Shown one piece after another: positions 1 to 12,611 of a stretch of 64,000 nt of DNA. The stretch's first letter is position 1, and every line of letters starts with the position of its first letter. The position numbers were made by a program, and so were the translations under genes. A model generated the notes under the pieces. The model made no database searches and was not told the DNA's origin. It saw nothing but the letters and a program-made list of their open reading frames with translations. Source of the DNA: Octopus vulgaris (Eukaryota); the NCBI GenBank assembly GCA_951406725.2, contig OX597842.1:7130001-7194000 (forward strand), read 5' to 3'.

Positions 1-107
1 TATTTCCCCTACTTTCTCCTTCCCGTCTGACCATTTTGTCCAAGTCAGACGCCATGATAGATCGTTAGCTACTACACACATTTTTTCTCTCTCCTTGTTT
101 TTTCTAT

Positions 108-149
108 GTCCCTTTCTGTAGAAGAGCATAGGCTCGAAACGTAAAAGAC
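108..149 (+). ncRNA. Hammerhead-like motif (non-canonical core) in a short dispersed repeat, probably Penelope pLTR-derived
   Basis: cttt-CTGTAGA-A-GAGC(ATAG)GCTC-GAAAC-GTA-aaag: stem I cttt/aaag, stem II GAGC/GCTC, minimal palindromic stem III ACGT. The core deviates from CUGANGA. A degenerate copy lies at ~15083-15120. Confidence 0.4.
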
Positions 150-243
150 TTTTTTCTATTCCTGAGCATTATACTAATACATCTGTTTGTTTTGAACACC
201 ACCTGTCTTCGTCTTTTCTTTATTTTCATCAACTTTCCCTTTG

Positions 244-294
<51 letters not shown>

Positions 295-497
295 ATAAAT
301 ATGTACACACACACACAAAGTCATAAATGACAGAGAAAAGTAGTTTGAAGAAATTTTATTTAACAATAAGAAAATTCTGTCACAACAAATTGTTTCGTAA
401 CTATATATTCTAGATGTTTTATAAAATGATACATTAAGGAGTTTCTTAAGTACTACTGGATTACTTGAATCCATATATTGTGACTTAAAGTTTTGTG

Positions 498-528
<31 letters not shown>

Positions 529-1224
529 TTATTTATGTATATATATTCTTTTACTTGTTTCAGTCATTTGACTGCAGCCATGCTGGGGCACCACCTTAAG
601 GGGCTTTTAGTCGAAGAAATTGACCCCAGAACTTATTCCTAGTATTTATTTTATTGGTCTCTTTTGCCAAACTGTTAAGTTATGCTGATGTAAAGACATG
701 AACGTCGGTTGTAAAGTGATAGTGGGGAACAAACACAGACACATACACACAACAGGCTTCTTTCAGTTTCTGTCTTCTAAATCCACTCACAAGGCTTTGG
801 TTGGGCCAAGGCTATAGTAGAAAACCCTTGCCAAAGGTACCATGCAGTGGGACTGAACCCTGAATCACTTAGTTGAGAAGAATGCTTTTTACCCTACACA
901 CACACACACACAGAGTTAATGTGCAATGCAAAGTAGGCTTTGCCAGCCACTGTGCTTATAACATAAAGACCGTATGACAAGAGGTCATATGAAGTCCTGT
1001 ATTTAGACACTGTTCACATCCTAAGTACCTGACCATGATCTACTTAACTACATAAATGCTTATTGTCAAACACAGAGTAAGGATAGACATTACTGGCATG
1101 GCATTGCTAAGCAGGCTCATGTTGCACTTGCTGCTGCTAATTCAATGAAAGAAGGAAATAAACGCTTATAAATTAAGAGCTTGTCTATGAATCTCCATAT
1201 ATGGTGTGGTCTTTTATTCTTTTA

Positions 1225-1424
1225 ATCTTTTACTTATTTCAGTCATTTGACTGTGGCCATGCTGGAGCACCACCCTTAGTCGAGCAAATCGACCCCAGGA
1301 CTTATTCTTTGTAATCCTAGTGCTTATTCTATCGGTCACTTTTACTGAACCACCAAGTTATGGGGATGTAACCAGCATCAGTTGTCAAGCGATGTTGGGG
1401 GGACAAACAGACACACAAACATTT

Positions 1425-1476
<52 letters not shown>

Positions 1477-1645
1477 CTATATGATGGGCTTCTTTCAGTT
1501 TCCGTCTACCAAATCCTCTCACAAGGCTTTGGTCAGCCTGAGGCTATAGTAGAAGACACTTGCCGAAGGTGCCACACAGTGGGACTGAACCCGGAACCAT
1601 ATGGTTGGTAAGCAAGCTACTTATCATACAGCCACTCCTGCGCCT
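1225..1645 (-). mobile_element. tRNA-derived CORE-type SINE, near full length
   Basis: Minus-strand head GGCGCAGGAGTGGCTG...GGTTCCGGGTTCAGTCCC (Pol III A/B-box-like), CORE-like GGCACCTT(C/G)GGCAAGTG, internal TA/CA microsatellite and an AGTAAAAG tail. Many related copies occur in the window. Confidence 0.8.
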
Positions 1646-1657
1646 CCCAGGTGAGAG

Positions 1658-1840
1658 ATGGGCTGAATCCTGGAAGCACTGCAATACCAGGCCAACCCAT
1701 GGCAAAGGTGGAGCAAGCTTCTAACACTTCGCCTCCTTCTAAAAATCAGTTTAATATCGATGGCCCCCAAATAGGGACCGTATCAGATATTAAGCTGATA
1801 AGAACAGATACTATACTTTGATCTTAGCCAAAAGGCCGAA
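1658..1840 (-). pseudogene. U2: U2 snRNA pseudogene (near full length, lacking ~8 nt at the 5' end)
   Basis: Reverse complement reads TCGGCCTTTTGGCTAAGATCAAAGTATAGTATCTGTTCTTATCAGCTTAATATCTGATACG, then Sm site ATTTTTAG and stem-loop IV CCTGGTATTGCAGTGCTTCCAGG. The branch-site pairing region GUAGUA is changed to AUAGUA. The copy is flanked by SINEs rather than an snRNA promoter. Confidence 0.92.
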
Positions 1841-1921
1841 CAGGGATGTAAACACACCAACACTGGTTGTCAAGTGGTTGTGGGGGACAAACACACGCAC
1901 ACATATACATATATTTCTATA

Positions 1922-1960
<39 letters not shown>

Positions 1961-1980
1961 ATATATATATATATATATAT

Positions 1981-2830
1981 AATGATATATTAAGTGCAAA
2001 TACCAATGGACCAGCACAGGATCGGTTTAGGAAGGACATTATCCAATTGATGAAAACTTTCAGTCTTAGCATAAGTACAAATACCAACCTAACAGTTATC
2101 AATTTCCTTTAGATCTAAATAAGAATATTTACAAACCTTATAGGAAGCCCAATGATAGACTTAGTTATATTAATGTGGGTTCCTGCCATTCCCCCATAGT
2201 GTTTAAAAATTTAGTTAAAAACATTAGCAAAAGAATTTCTAGCCTTTCCTCCGATAAAGACATTTTTTGTAGTGTTGTCCCAGTATATAATAAGGCTCTA
2301 AAAGATAGTGGATTTAGTGAGGAAATAACCTATACACCTGCCACTAATCCAATAATAAAGAAAAGGAAACACAGGAATAGGATAACTATCTGGTTCACAC
2401 ACCCCTACTCACCCAAAGTGACCTTTGATATAGGCAAGTATTTCTTAGCACTGATAGACATTTTCCAGTCAACCACACTTACAGAAAGTAGACACAACTT
2501 AAAAATCAGTTTTAAAAACATAATTGCACACAACACACCACACAAAAACCACAATACAAAACCAGCTGTTCATGCAAGGGATAAAAATTTGTGCCCACCG
2601 AATGGAGCTTGCATGTCTGAGACCATCATTTATGAAGCCACCGTGGACTCTAAATCTGCTAAGGACACGGTTTCAATGAAGAAATACATGGGCCTTACTG
2701 AAGGTAATTTCAAGGCCAGGTTCAATAATAACACCTTGAGCTTCAGGCACTGGGATAAAAGGAAAACGACCAAATTATCCAGTCATATATGGTTCTTAAA
2801 AGATAAAGGTGTCAGTTACAACATCCAACG
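1981..2830 (+). mobile_element. Penelope-like element relic (RT C-terminus plus GIY-YIG endonuclease)
   Basis: Frameshifted RT pieces (VINFL.., HSPIVFKNL..ISKRISSLSS), then CPPNGAC..IIYEATV..KKYMGLTEGNFKARF..TKLSSHIW, typical of the PLE GIY-YIG domain. Cut by an RTE insertion at ~2831. Confidence 0.85.
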
Positions 2831-3775
2831 GCATCATCATCATTTAGCGTCCGTTTTCCATGCTAGCAGGAGTTGGACGGTTCGACCAGGGTCTGGGAAG
2901 CCAGGAGGCTGCACCAGGCTCCAGTCTGATCTGACAGTGTTTCTATAGCTGTATGCCCTTCCTAACACCAACCACTCCATGAATGTAGTGGGTGCTTTTT
3001 ATGTGCCACCGGCACGAAGATCATAACTACAATTTCCATTTGATTTTTATTTTGATGTTGGTGTTGATGTACTTGACTCAATAGGTCTCCTCAAGCACAG
3101 CAGGTCGCCCTACGATCCAAGGTAAGCACAGCAGGCCGTTCTGCAATCCAAGGTACTTTGGATGGGCTGGGGCTGCTATGTGAAGCTGGTGCAGGAAACA
3201 GCCATGAACGTTATTTGTCAGATCTTCGCAGCCACAGCATATCTCCAGAGGTCTCAGTCTTTTGCTATTGCCTCTGTGAGGCCCAACGTTTGAAGGTCAT
3301 GCTTGACCACCTCATCCCATGTCTTCCTGGGTCTACCTCTACCCCGGATTCCTTCAACTATTTGGGAGTGGCACTTCTTCACACAGCTATCCTCATCCAT
3401 CCGTTGTACATGACCATACTTGCATGCCACATCTGATGCTTCTTATGTCCAACATTTCTCTCAGGACGCATACACTCTGTTGTGAGTGCACACTGACATT
3501 ACACATCCAGCAGATCATGCTAGCTTCATTTCTTTCAAGCCTACGCATGTCCTCTGCAGTCACAGCTCATATTTCACTGCCGTGAAGCATGACAGTTCGC
3601 ACACATGTGTCATACAATCTACCTTTCACTCTGAGTGGGAGACCCTTTGTCGCCAGGAGGGGTAGGAGCTTTCTAAACTTCACCCAGGCTATTCTTATTC
3701 TAGTGGTGACACTCTCTGAGCACCCACCTCCACTACTAACTTGGTCACCTAGGTAGCGGAAACTATCAACTACTA
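2831..3775 (-). mobile_element. RTE-clade LINE 3' fragment
   Basis: Minus strand encodes VVDSFRYLGDQVSSGGGC..RIRIAW..GRGRPRKTWDEVVKHDL, homologous to the 42046-44022 ORF, followed by the same 3'UTR and a (GAT)n tail. Confidence 0.88.
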
Positions 3776-3777
3776 CT

Positions 3778-3814
<37 letters not shown>

Positions 3815-6212
3815 ATATATATTTATAAAGAAGCATTGGTTATAGAACAAACCTTAAATTTGGGTCAATGACTTTACATGCAACACCATCCCCCAAAACA
3901 TTTAATCATATATTCAAATCACTATGGTTTTCAAACACATAAAAAATAATACACATTCATAAAATCACAGAAGGTAAAAATATATTCAAATAAAATACAA
4001 ACAGAACAGTCAATCACAGAGTTAAATATACACAACACTAAAAATTAATAAACTACCAAAAGACCTATAGACAAATATTAAATAAAGATAGAAATATAAT
4101 AAGATATAATAAATCTACACTGACTAAAAAAGGATGTTTTATCAGCCTCTTTCGTTTACGGAATTTCCTACCAAAATTCCCCAGCATCTTATTTCTTGAC
4201 CTGATGTAAGTGGAAGAAATGATGTACTTTCTTTCATAGTGACACCATCACCACCACTGCCGCCATTTCTGTCACCAATATCATCATCATCATCATTACC
4301 ACCACCACCATCACCATGACACAAGTGATGGAAATGACATGGTGGTTGTGGGTGTCCTACTTTTCAGCTTTCAGTGTTTGGTGTTGTTGACGGTGGAGGT
4401 AATGATGTTTATGGTGGAGGTGGTGCTGATGGTGGCAATTAGTGGTTTTGTTGGTGTTGGTGGTGGGGCTGCTAATGGCTGTGCTACGATTGTTGATACT
4501 GATAATGTTTACGGTGTTGGTACGACGGGTGAAATGCTTTGCGGTATTTCGGCTGCCGTTGCGTTGTGAGTTCAAATTCCGCCAAGGTCGACTTTGCCTT
4601 TCATCCTTTCGGGGTCGATAAATTAAGTACCAGTTATGCACTGGGGTCGATGTAATCGACTTAATCCGTTTGTCTGTCCTTGTTTGTCCCCTCTGTGTTT
4701 AGCCCCTTATGGGTAGTAAAGAAATAGATAGTGAGGGCAAATGGCTTGGTGGTTAGGGTATTCGGCCCACGATCATAAGATCATCAGTTCAATTCCCAGC
4801 AATTCATTGTTTCCTTCAGCAAGACACTTTATTCCATGTTCCTCCAGACCACTCACCTGGCAGAAATGGGCACTACCTGTATCTCAAAGGCCCAGCTTTG
4901 TCACATTCTATGTCACACTGAATCCCAATGATTTTAGCTCAAAAGAGGGCATAGGATTGGTTAAAATTCGAAAAATTAAACAACGTTAAACTTACAAATT
5001 ACAATTTTCTCAAGAAAGCCAAGAGAAAAAAATGTTTTATTTTGACACATTCTACCAATATACGAAGTTTTAAAGTGTTTAGTTAACTGTAAATTGTCTG
5101 CCGTTCAAAAGGAAAAGATCCAAATTTCCACTTATTTCTTATTTTTATTTCCTAAAATTTTCGTTGCGTCTTGCAACCTTTTCAATAGTCCTGACTCTGT
5201 CCGTTATTTAATCGTTTTTAATGCTTTCAGGAGGGAGAAAAACATTCTAATTCGATTGTGCAACGTAGTTTAATTTCTCGTCTTCTTTATTCTCGTTAAC
5301 CAACCTTAAAACAATTGAAATAACTGAAGGTTGAGATAAACAGGAAATTGGGTGTGTGTGTGTTTGGATTTCTCTCTCTCTCTCTCTCTTTTTCTATCTA
5401 TATCTGTCTTCTGTGTAATGTGTGTCAGAGTATTTCCTTTCTTTATGTGAGTGTGTCTTATCTGTTGTGCTTTCCCACTGCGGTTGTGTGTGTGTTTGGG
5501 TTTCTCTCTCTTTCTTTGTGTGAATTTGTATGTGTGTTTTCTCCCTGTGTTGGTGTGTGTGTGTGCGCGCGGTTTTTTTTTCTTGTGTGTGATTATTCAT
5601 GTCTGTGTATACAAGACGTATATGTAGGAATGTCTACAACTATTGTACACTCTCTCTCTCTTTCTCTCTCCCTCTACCTATCTATCTATCTCTCTGGGAA
5701 ATTCCCAGTAAACTGACCTAGTGCTAAATAATTCGGCTTTTGTTTTGATGGTAGTTTTGTGACAGATGGTGGTTGTTGCTCATGTGATTTTGGTTGCTGT
5801 TAGTCGTGGTGGAAATATAATAGGAGTGGTGGTGATGTGACCTGTTTGCTTGTCTCTCCTTTTCTTCTAAGATGTGTGTGTGTGTGTGTGTGTGTGTGTG
5901 GCGGCACATGGCCTAGTGGTTAGAGCAGCGGACTCGCGGTCAAGGGATCGCGGGTTCGAATCTCAGACCGGGCGATGTGTGTGTTTATGAGTGAAATACC
6001 TAAGCTCCATGCGGCTCCAACAGAAGGTAATGGCGAACTTCTGCTGACTCCTTCGCCACAACTGGCTGTAATAAGAAGCTTGCTTCCTAATTACATGGTT
6101 CCGAGTTCAGTCCCACTGCGTGACACCTTGGACCAGTGTCTTCTACTATAGCCTAGAGCTAACCAAAGCCTTGTGAGTGGATTTGGTAGACGGAAACTGA
6201 AAGAAGCCCGTC

Positions 6213-6264
<52 letters not shown>

Positions 6265-7211
6265 TGAAGTATATTTGCCCCTAAGGGTGGATGCTACAGT
6301 AGCTTGTAGCCCCAGGAGGACACCTCATCCAGCTGGTTATTGACACACTTTCTGTGCCCTATCAGTATGTAACGGCAAAAAGTGGATTTGTAAACAATAT
6401 TAACGACGATGTAGGATTCAGCTGGTAGCAATACTGATGTATGTATGCGTGTATGTATGTATGCGTGTATGTATGTATTGTATGTATGTATGTATGTATG
6501 AATGTGTGTGTATGTATGTATGTATATATGTATGAATGAATGTATGTATGTATGAATGTATGTGTGTATGTATGTATGTGTGTGTGTGTGTGTTTGTATC
6601 TGTTTGTCACCCCCACCACCGATGGTGGTGTGTTTACGTCCCCGTAATCTAGCGGTTCGGCAAAAGAGAACCGATAGAATAAGTACTAGGCTTACAATGA
6701 ATAAGCCCTGGGGTCGATTTGCTCCAGCATGGTCACAGTCAAATGATTGAAACAGCTAATGCCATATATATGTGTGTGTGTGTGTGTGTGTGTACGTATG
6801 TATATACAAATATATGTGTGTGCGTATATATAATAGTAGGCGTATGTTTTGTAATGGTTTATTTGTAGTGCTGGTGTTGGCGGTGGTGGCGGTGGTTGGA
6901 AGTCACTGAACTAAAATGTCAAACGCCCACCAACACGTTTCTACAATTGGTGTCATAGTCATGTCTGTGGCAACGACAATTATGGCTTGTGACAATGGAC
7001 AACTGAGTGAAAATCCCAAATCTGTAGACATTTGTGGGAAATCCCCAAGACGTGGGTGTTTAAGCTATGATTACACTTATTGATGTTGTTTCTATACACA
7101 CCTACACACACACACGTAACCACGTGTCTACACACGTTACGCCATGTCTTCCTCCCTCTTTCTCTCTTCCCCCCCTTTTTCGGATATATGATTCACTGAC
7201 GATATATATAC

Positions 7212-7495
7212 GGCGCAATGGCCCAGTGGTTAGGGCAGCGGACTCGCTGCTATAAGATCGCGGTTTCGATTCCCAGACCGGGCGTTGTGAGTGTTTATTG
7301 AGCGAAAACACCTTAAAAAAAACTCCACGAGGGTGGTGATCCCTGCTGTACTCTTTTACCGCTCTTTCTTCTGTTGGCCTGCTCGCTTAGCCAGCGGGGT
7401 GGCGTCATTCGAAGGCTAAAACAATGCGAACGCATTGTGACCAGCGATGTGTAACTACATCTGATGGACTGGTCGGTCACGTAATCACGTAATAT
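7212..7495 (+). mobile_element. tRNA-derived SINE (second family)
   Basis: GGCGCAATGGCCCAGTGGTTAGGGCAGCGGACTCG..GGTTTCGATTCCC tRNA-like head with A/B boxes. Related heads occur at 5900, 12612 and 39272(-). Confidence 0.75.
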
Positions 7496-8037
7496 ATACA
7501 TATATATATTATACTCTTATCCTTTTACTCTTTTACTTGTTTCAGTCATTTGACTGTGGCCATGTTGGAGCACCGCCTTTAGTCGAGCAAATCGACCCCA
7601 GAACTTTGCAAGCCTAGTACTTATTCTATCGGTCACTTTTGCCGAACCGCTAAGTTACGGCGACGTAAACACACCAGATTCGGTTGTCAAGCGATGTTGG
7701 GGCACAAACACAGACACACAAACATATACACACACACACATACATACATCCATACATACATATACATTTACAGAATAATTTATTATACACTAAAATAAAT
7801 ATATTCATCTCTTACTTGCTCTCTTTCTTTATATCTTATATATATTTTCTTTTTTCTTTTTTTTTTTGTAGGTTCTCCAGAATTTTGAAGAGGAATCAAA
7901 TTTGGTAGCAAATCATTTTGTTGGCCATTTGAAGGAGCTTCCAGGTGACAAGTCCACCTCTCAGCACATACCTGTCCCCTGGTATGTGTGTGTAGACTGA
8001 ACAGAGAACAGCCAGGGGTAGGACAGGTCTTTGAAGG

Positions 8038-9686
8038 ATGGTGAATGTAATACCTTGTGTTGAAGCACATCAAGGAAACGAGAATGAAGTGGTGATTAGT
8101 GTTCAGGGTAGAGTGGGTATTAGGCTTCATGGTACAGTGATCAGTGAGGAGGTAAGCATAGGGGACAGGCAGAGCGTGGACAACAACAATGGAGTCAACT
8201 ATGCTGAAGGGTCTGATATTTGGAACCGAGGTGTAATGGACAGCGTAGAGTTAGGTTCAAGGGTGCAAAATGTTGTAAATGATGAAGAGGAAATGATAGA
8301 AAGTGTGAGGATGGATGCTGGGGTGGAAAATCTCACTGAAGAAAGGGGTAACCAGGTAGATACTGAGGGCGTGATGAGGGACAGTGATCGGGTGGATGCT
8401 GAGGATGAGACGAAGGAGAGAGATCGGGTGGACGCTGAGGGTGTGACGAAGGAGAGAGATCAGGTGGATGCTGAGGGTGTGACGAAGGAGAGAGATTGGG
8501 TGGATGCTGAGGGTGTGACGAAGGAGAGAGATCGGGTGGATGCTGTGGGTGTGACGAAGGAGAGAGATCGGGTGGATGCTGAGGGTGTGACGAAGGATAG
8601 AGATCGGGTGGATGTTGAGGGTGTGACGAAGGAGAGAGATCGGGTGGATGCTGAGGGTGTGACAAAGGAGAGAGATCGGGTGGATGCTGAGGGTGTGACG
8701 AAGGAGAGAGATCGGGTGGATGCTGAGGGTGTGACAAAGGAGAGAGATCGGGTGGATGCTGTGGGTGTGACGAAGGAGAGAGATCGGGTGGATGCTGTGG
8801 GTGTGACGAAGGAGAGAGATCGGGTGGATGCTGAGGGTGTGACAAAGGAAAGAGATCAGGTGGATGCTGAGGGTGTGACGAAGGAGAGAGATCGGGTGGA
8901 TGCTGAGGGTGTGACGAAGGAGAGAGATCGGGTGGATGCTGTGGGTGTGACGAAGGAGAGAGATCGGGTGGATGCTGAGGGTGTGACGAAGGAGAGAGAT
9001 CGGGTGGATGCTGAGGGTGTGACGAAGGAAAGAGATCGGGTGGATAGCGAAGTGGTAAGCAAAGGGAGAGGCCCTGGGGACACAAATGGTGTGAGTGCCA
9101 AAGTATTAGCTGAACAAAACAGCATAATGGAACAAAAAGCCTCAAACTATGGCAACAACAATTGTGGCAGCCATAATCATCTCCAACACTATCAGAGTAT
9201 GGATGAGACGGGGTTATCAAACTACAGAAGACATTTATCTAGTGTGACCCCACACACTCCAACTCGTCTCACACTCTTCTACAAGCCATCGATGCTTTCA
9301 ACCTCGGTGATTAAATACTTTCCGAAGGACGTGATAGTCCGTGCGAAAGGCGAACATGTGTCTTTTGGACGGAGCCTCGATTCTGACGTCCAGCTCAATG
9401 ACGATTGTATGTCAAGGAACTATGCTGTTCTGTGGTTGCCCGTCAACAACTGTGGCACGTTTAAACTGCGCAATATCAGCTCATCCAAGGAAGTGGTTGT
9501 CAATGATGTCATTCTCTACCCTAACTGCAAAAGTGAGATTATCTTCACCAGCGATAGTAAAATAATGCTTGATAACATTGAACTAACAGCAATGGTGAGA
9601 GAAGGAAGCCCTTCGTCAACACATTATGAAGTGAAGGTTGAACCTAAAATCTCTCGGAGTACTTCGTTGCAGCAAGAACCAACTTG
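8038..9686 (+). CDS. TIFA-like FHA-domain protein, main coding exon (N-terminal 12-aa tandem repeats, C-terminal FHA)
   Basis: 550-aa ORF with good ATG context (AGGATGG), an in-frame stop just upstream and a likely acceptor at 7871. The C-terminus LTLFYKP..VSFGRSLDSDVQLNDDCMSR..FKLRNISSSKEVVVND..REGSPSSTHYEV aligns by eye with TIFA (LQMTVYHP..VKFGR..DKQVSR..FEIKNMS..EDGES..FET) and keeps the FHA GR, SR and N motifs. It ends at a strong donor TG|GTGAGT. Confidence 0.82.
8347..9066 (+). repeat. Coding minisatellite, 36-bp unit (RDRVDAEGVTKE), ~18 conserved plus 2 degenerate copies
   Basis: The unit AGAGATCGGGTGGATGCTGAGGGTGTGACGAAGGAG is directly visible and in frame throughout. Confidence 0.97.
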
Positions 9687-11018
9687 GTGAGTTGTTTTAA
9701 TGGTTTTAACCCTTTCGTGATCAACCCGGCTGAAACCGGTCTGGCTCTGAGTTCAAATGTCTTGTTTTCATAATTTTTGAATTAAAATCTTTCACCAAAT
9801 CTTAGTCACAATTTATGTTCTTAACACTAGATTAATGATAACCAAATTATTTTAGATTCAAAATTAATTGAAAGAAACACAGAGCATCTCAAAATAAATA
9901 CAGTAACGCATAGGCGCAGGAGTGGCTGCGTGGTAAGTAGCTTGCTAACCAACTACATGGTTCCGGGTTCAGTCCCACTGCGTGACAGCCTGTCGTACAT
10001 CCCCGTAGCATGGCCGTAACGAAAAGGTTAGTGAGTTTTAAATGCTTTGAAAATGAAAGAAACAATTCCAAATTATTTTTTAAAAAACTGTAAATTGAAA
10101 AGAGGAACTGATAGGGTCAGGAGCGGCTGTGTGGTAAGAAGCTTGCTTCTCAACCACATGGTTCCAGGTTCAGTCCCACTGTGTGGCACCTTGAGCAAGT
10201 GTTTTCTGCTATAGCCACAGGCCAGCCAAAGCCTTGTGAGTGGGTTTGGTTGATGAAAACTGAAAGAAGCCCATATACACACACACATATATACATATAC
10301 ATATGATGGACTCTTCTGTCGTTAGGTAACGTATGAAGGTTTGACAATTTCTTACCAAACAACCACACAGACGATTTGTTTATAGTGATCAAATGTTTGT
10401 GTAGACATAAGCTCCTTCAAACTGACATTACCTGTACAGGTGCAACTGGGTGACACATGTCAGATGTCCAAATGATCGCAGAGTAACGTGAAATGAAATG
10501 CTTTGTTCAAGAACACAACGCAACGCCCGGTCTGGGTATCGAACCCACAATCTCACAATCATGAGTGCAGTGCCCTAACCACTAAGCCATGCACCTTTAC
10601 AAAATAATTGGCACTCTGTTGCTTACAAAGATTGAGGGTTTTAGTTGATCTGATCAACAAAACAGCTTGCTCTTGAGGTTAACGTGCAAGTGGCTGAGTA
10701 CTCCACAGACACACATACCCCTTCACATATTCCTCAGGAAATACAGGTACTACTCATTTTTGCCAGCTGGGTGGACTGGTGCTCTGAGAAATAAAGAGTC
10801 TTGTTCAAGGACTCAATGCGCCACTGGTACTTGAACTCGTGACCCTACATTTGCAAGCCAAATCCCCTAACCACTAAGCCTTCACTATACACATACATAC
10901 AGTCACGACTATTAAAAAGGTTGGAAGACGCAACAAGAATTTCTCTCCCCAGACACAACCAAATATGCTTCAACACATCAACTCACATAAAGAATCTTGC
11001 AAACCAAATCCAAAAATG

Positions 11019-11070
<52 letters not shown>

Positions 11071-11072
<2 letters not shown>

Positions 11073-11670
11073 TCATCATCATCGTTTAACGTTCGTTTTC
11101 CATGCTAGCATGGGTTGGACGGTGCAACTGGGATCTGGGAAGCCAGGAGGCTGCACCAGGCTCCAGTCTGATCTGGCAGTGTTTCTACAGCTGGATGCCC
11201 TTCCTAGTGCCAACCACTCCGTGAGTGTAGTGGGTACTTTTTACATGCCACCGGCACAGGGGCCAGAGGAGGCTGGCAAACGTCCACAGTTGGTGCTTTT
11301 TACATGTCACCGACATGGACTCCAGTCAGGTGGCACTGGCATCAGCCACATTTGGATGGTGTTTTTACGTGCCACCGGCACAGATATCTTAACTACAATT
11401 TCCATTTGATTATTTTTTTGATGTTGGTGTTGATGTACTTGACTGAATAGGTCTCCCCAAGCACAGCAGGTCACCCTACGAACCAAGGTTGGCACAGCAG
11501 GCCGTCCTGTGAGCCATGAACTCACTTCATTTGTCGGGTCTTTGAAGTCACAGCATATCTCCAGAGGTCTCGGTCTTTCGTCATTGCCTCTGTGAGACCC
11601 AACATACGAAGGTCATGCTTGACCACCTCATCCCATGTCTTTCTGGGTCAACCTCTACCCTGGATTCCAG
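11071..11670 (-). mobile_element. RTE LINE 3' fragment flanked by (TA)n
   Basis: (CAT)n tail, shared RTE 3'UTR, and reverse-complement PRKTWDEVVKHDLR coding sequence. Confidence 0.85.
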
Positions 11671-12611
11671 TGAAAAATATATATATACTGCCTATATATT
11701 GGTTTCCAATTTTAGCACAAGGCCAGAAAGTTTGGGGGAGGAGGTAAGTTGATGACATCAACCCCAGTGCATAACTGGTACTTATTTTATTGACCCCAAT
11801 TGGATGAAAAGCAAAGTCAATCTCAGCATAATTTGAACTCAGTACATAAAGACAGATGAAGTACCACTAAGCATTTTGCCCGGTGTGCTAACGATTCTGC
11901 TCGGTCACCACCTTAATAATATTGATATTCCTTTGTACTAAAGGCATGAAGCCTGAAGTTTGTGAGGAGGGGACTAGGACTAGCTACATTGACCTCAGTG
12001 TTTCACTGGTACTTTATCAACCCCCAAAAGGATAAAAGGCAAAGTTGACCTCAGCACAATCACATGGTTCCAGGTTCAGTCCCACTGCGTGGCACCTTGG
12101 GCAAGTGTCTTCTACTATAGCCTCGGGCCGATTAAAGCCTTGTGAGTGGATTTGGTAGACGGAAACTGAAAGAAGCCCGTCGTATATATGTACATATATA
12201 TATATATGCGTATATGTGTTTGTGTATCTGTGTTTGTCCCTCTAGCATTGCTTGACAATCGATGCTGGTGTGTTTACGTCCCCCTTACTTAACGGTTCGG
12301 CAAAAGAGACCGATAGAATAAGTGCTAGGCTTACAAAAGAATAAGTCCCGGGGTCAAGTTGCTCGATTAAAGGCGGTGCTCCAGCATGGCCGCAGTCAAA
12401 TGACTGAAACAAGTAAAAGAGAGAGAGTATGGAAGAAATGCCACTTGGCATTTCACCCGGCACGCTAACAATTCTGCCAGCTCACCACCTTAATAATAAT
12501 AATAATAATAATCTTTTGTACTATAGGCACAAGGCCTGAAATTCGGGGGAGGGGGATAGTCAATTACATTGACACCCCCCCCCAATATTCAAATGGTACT
12601 TATTTTATCGT

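Noticed and set aside
5900-5972. tRNA gene
   Set aside because: A tRNA-like head that continues into a SINE body, with no acceptor-stem closure or terminator.
8347-9066. 36-bp repeats as a CRISPR array
   Set aside because: No unique spacers, an in-frame coding repeat, and a eukaryotic context. The same applies to 45483-45862.
8333-9220. 295-aa antisense ORF (HPQHPPDLSPSS repeats)
   Set aside because: Shadow of the 36-bp coding repeat on the opposite strand.
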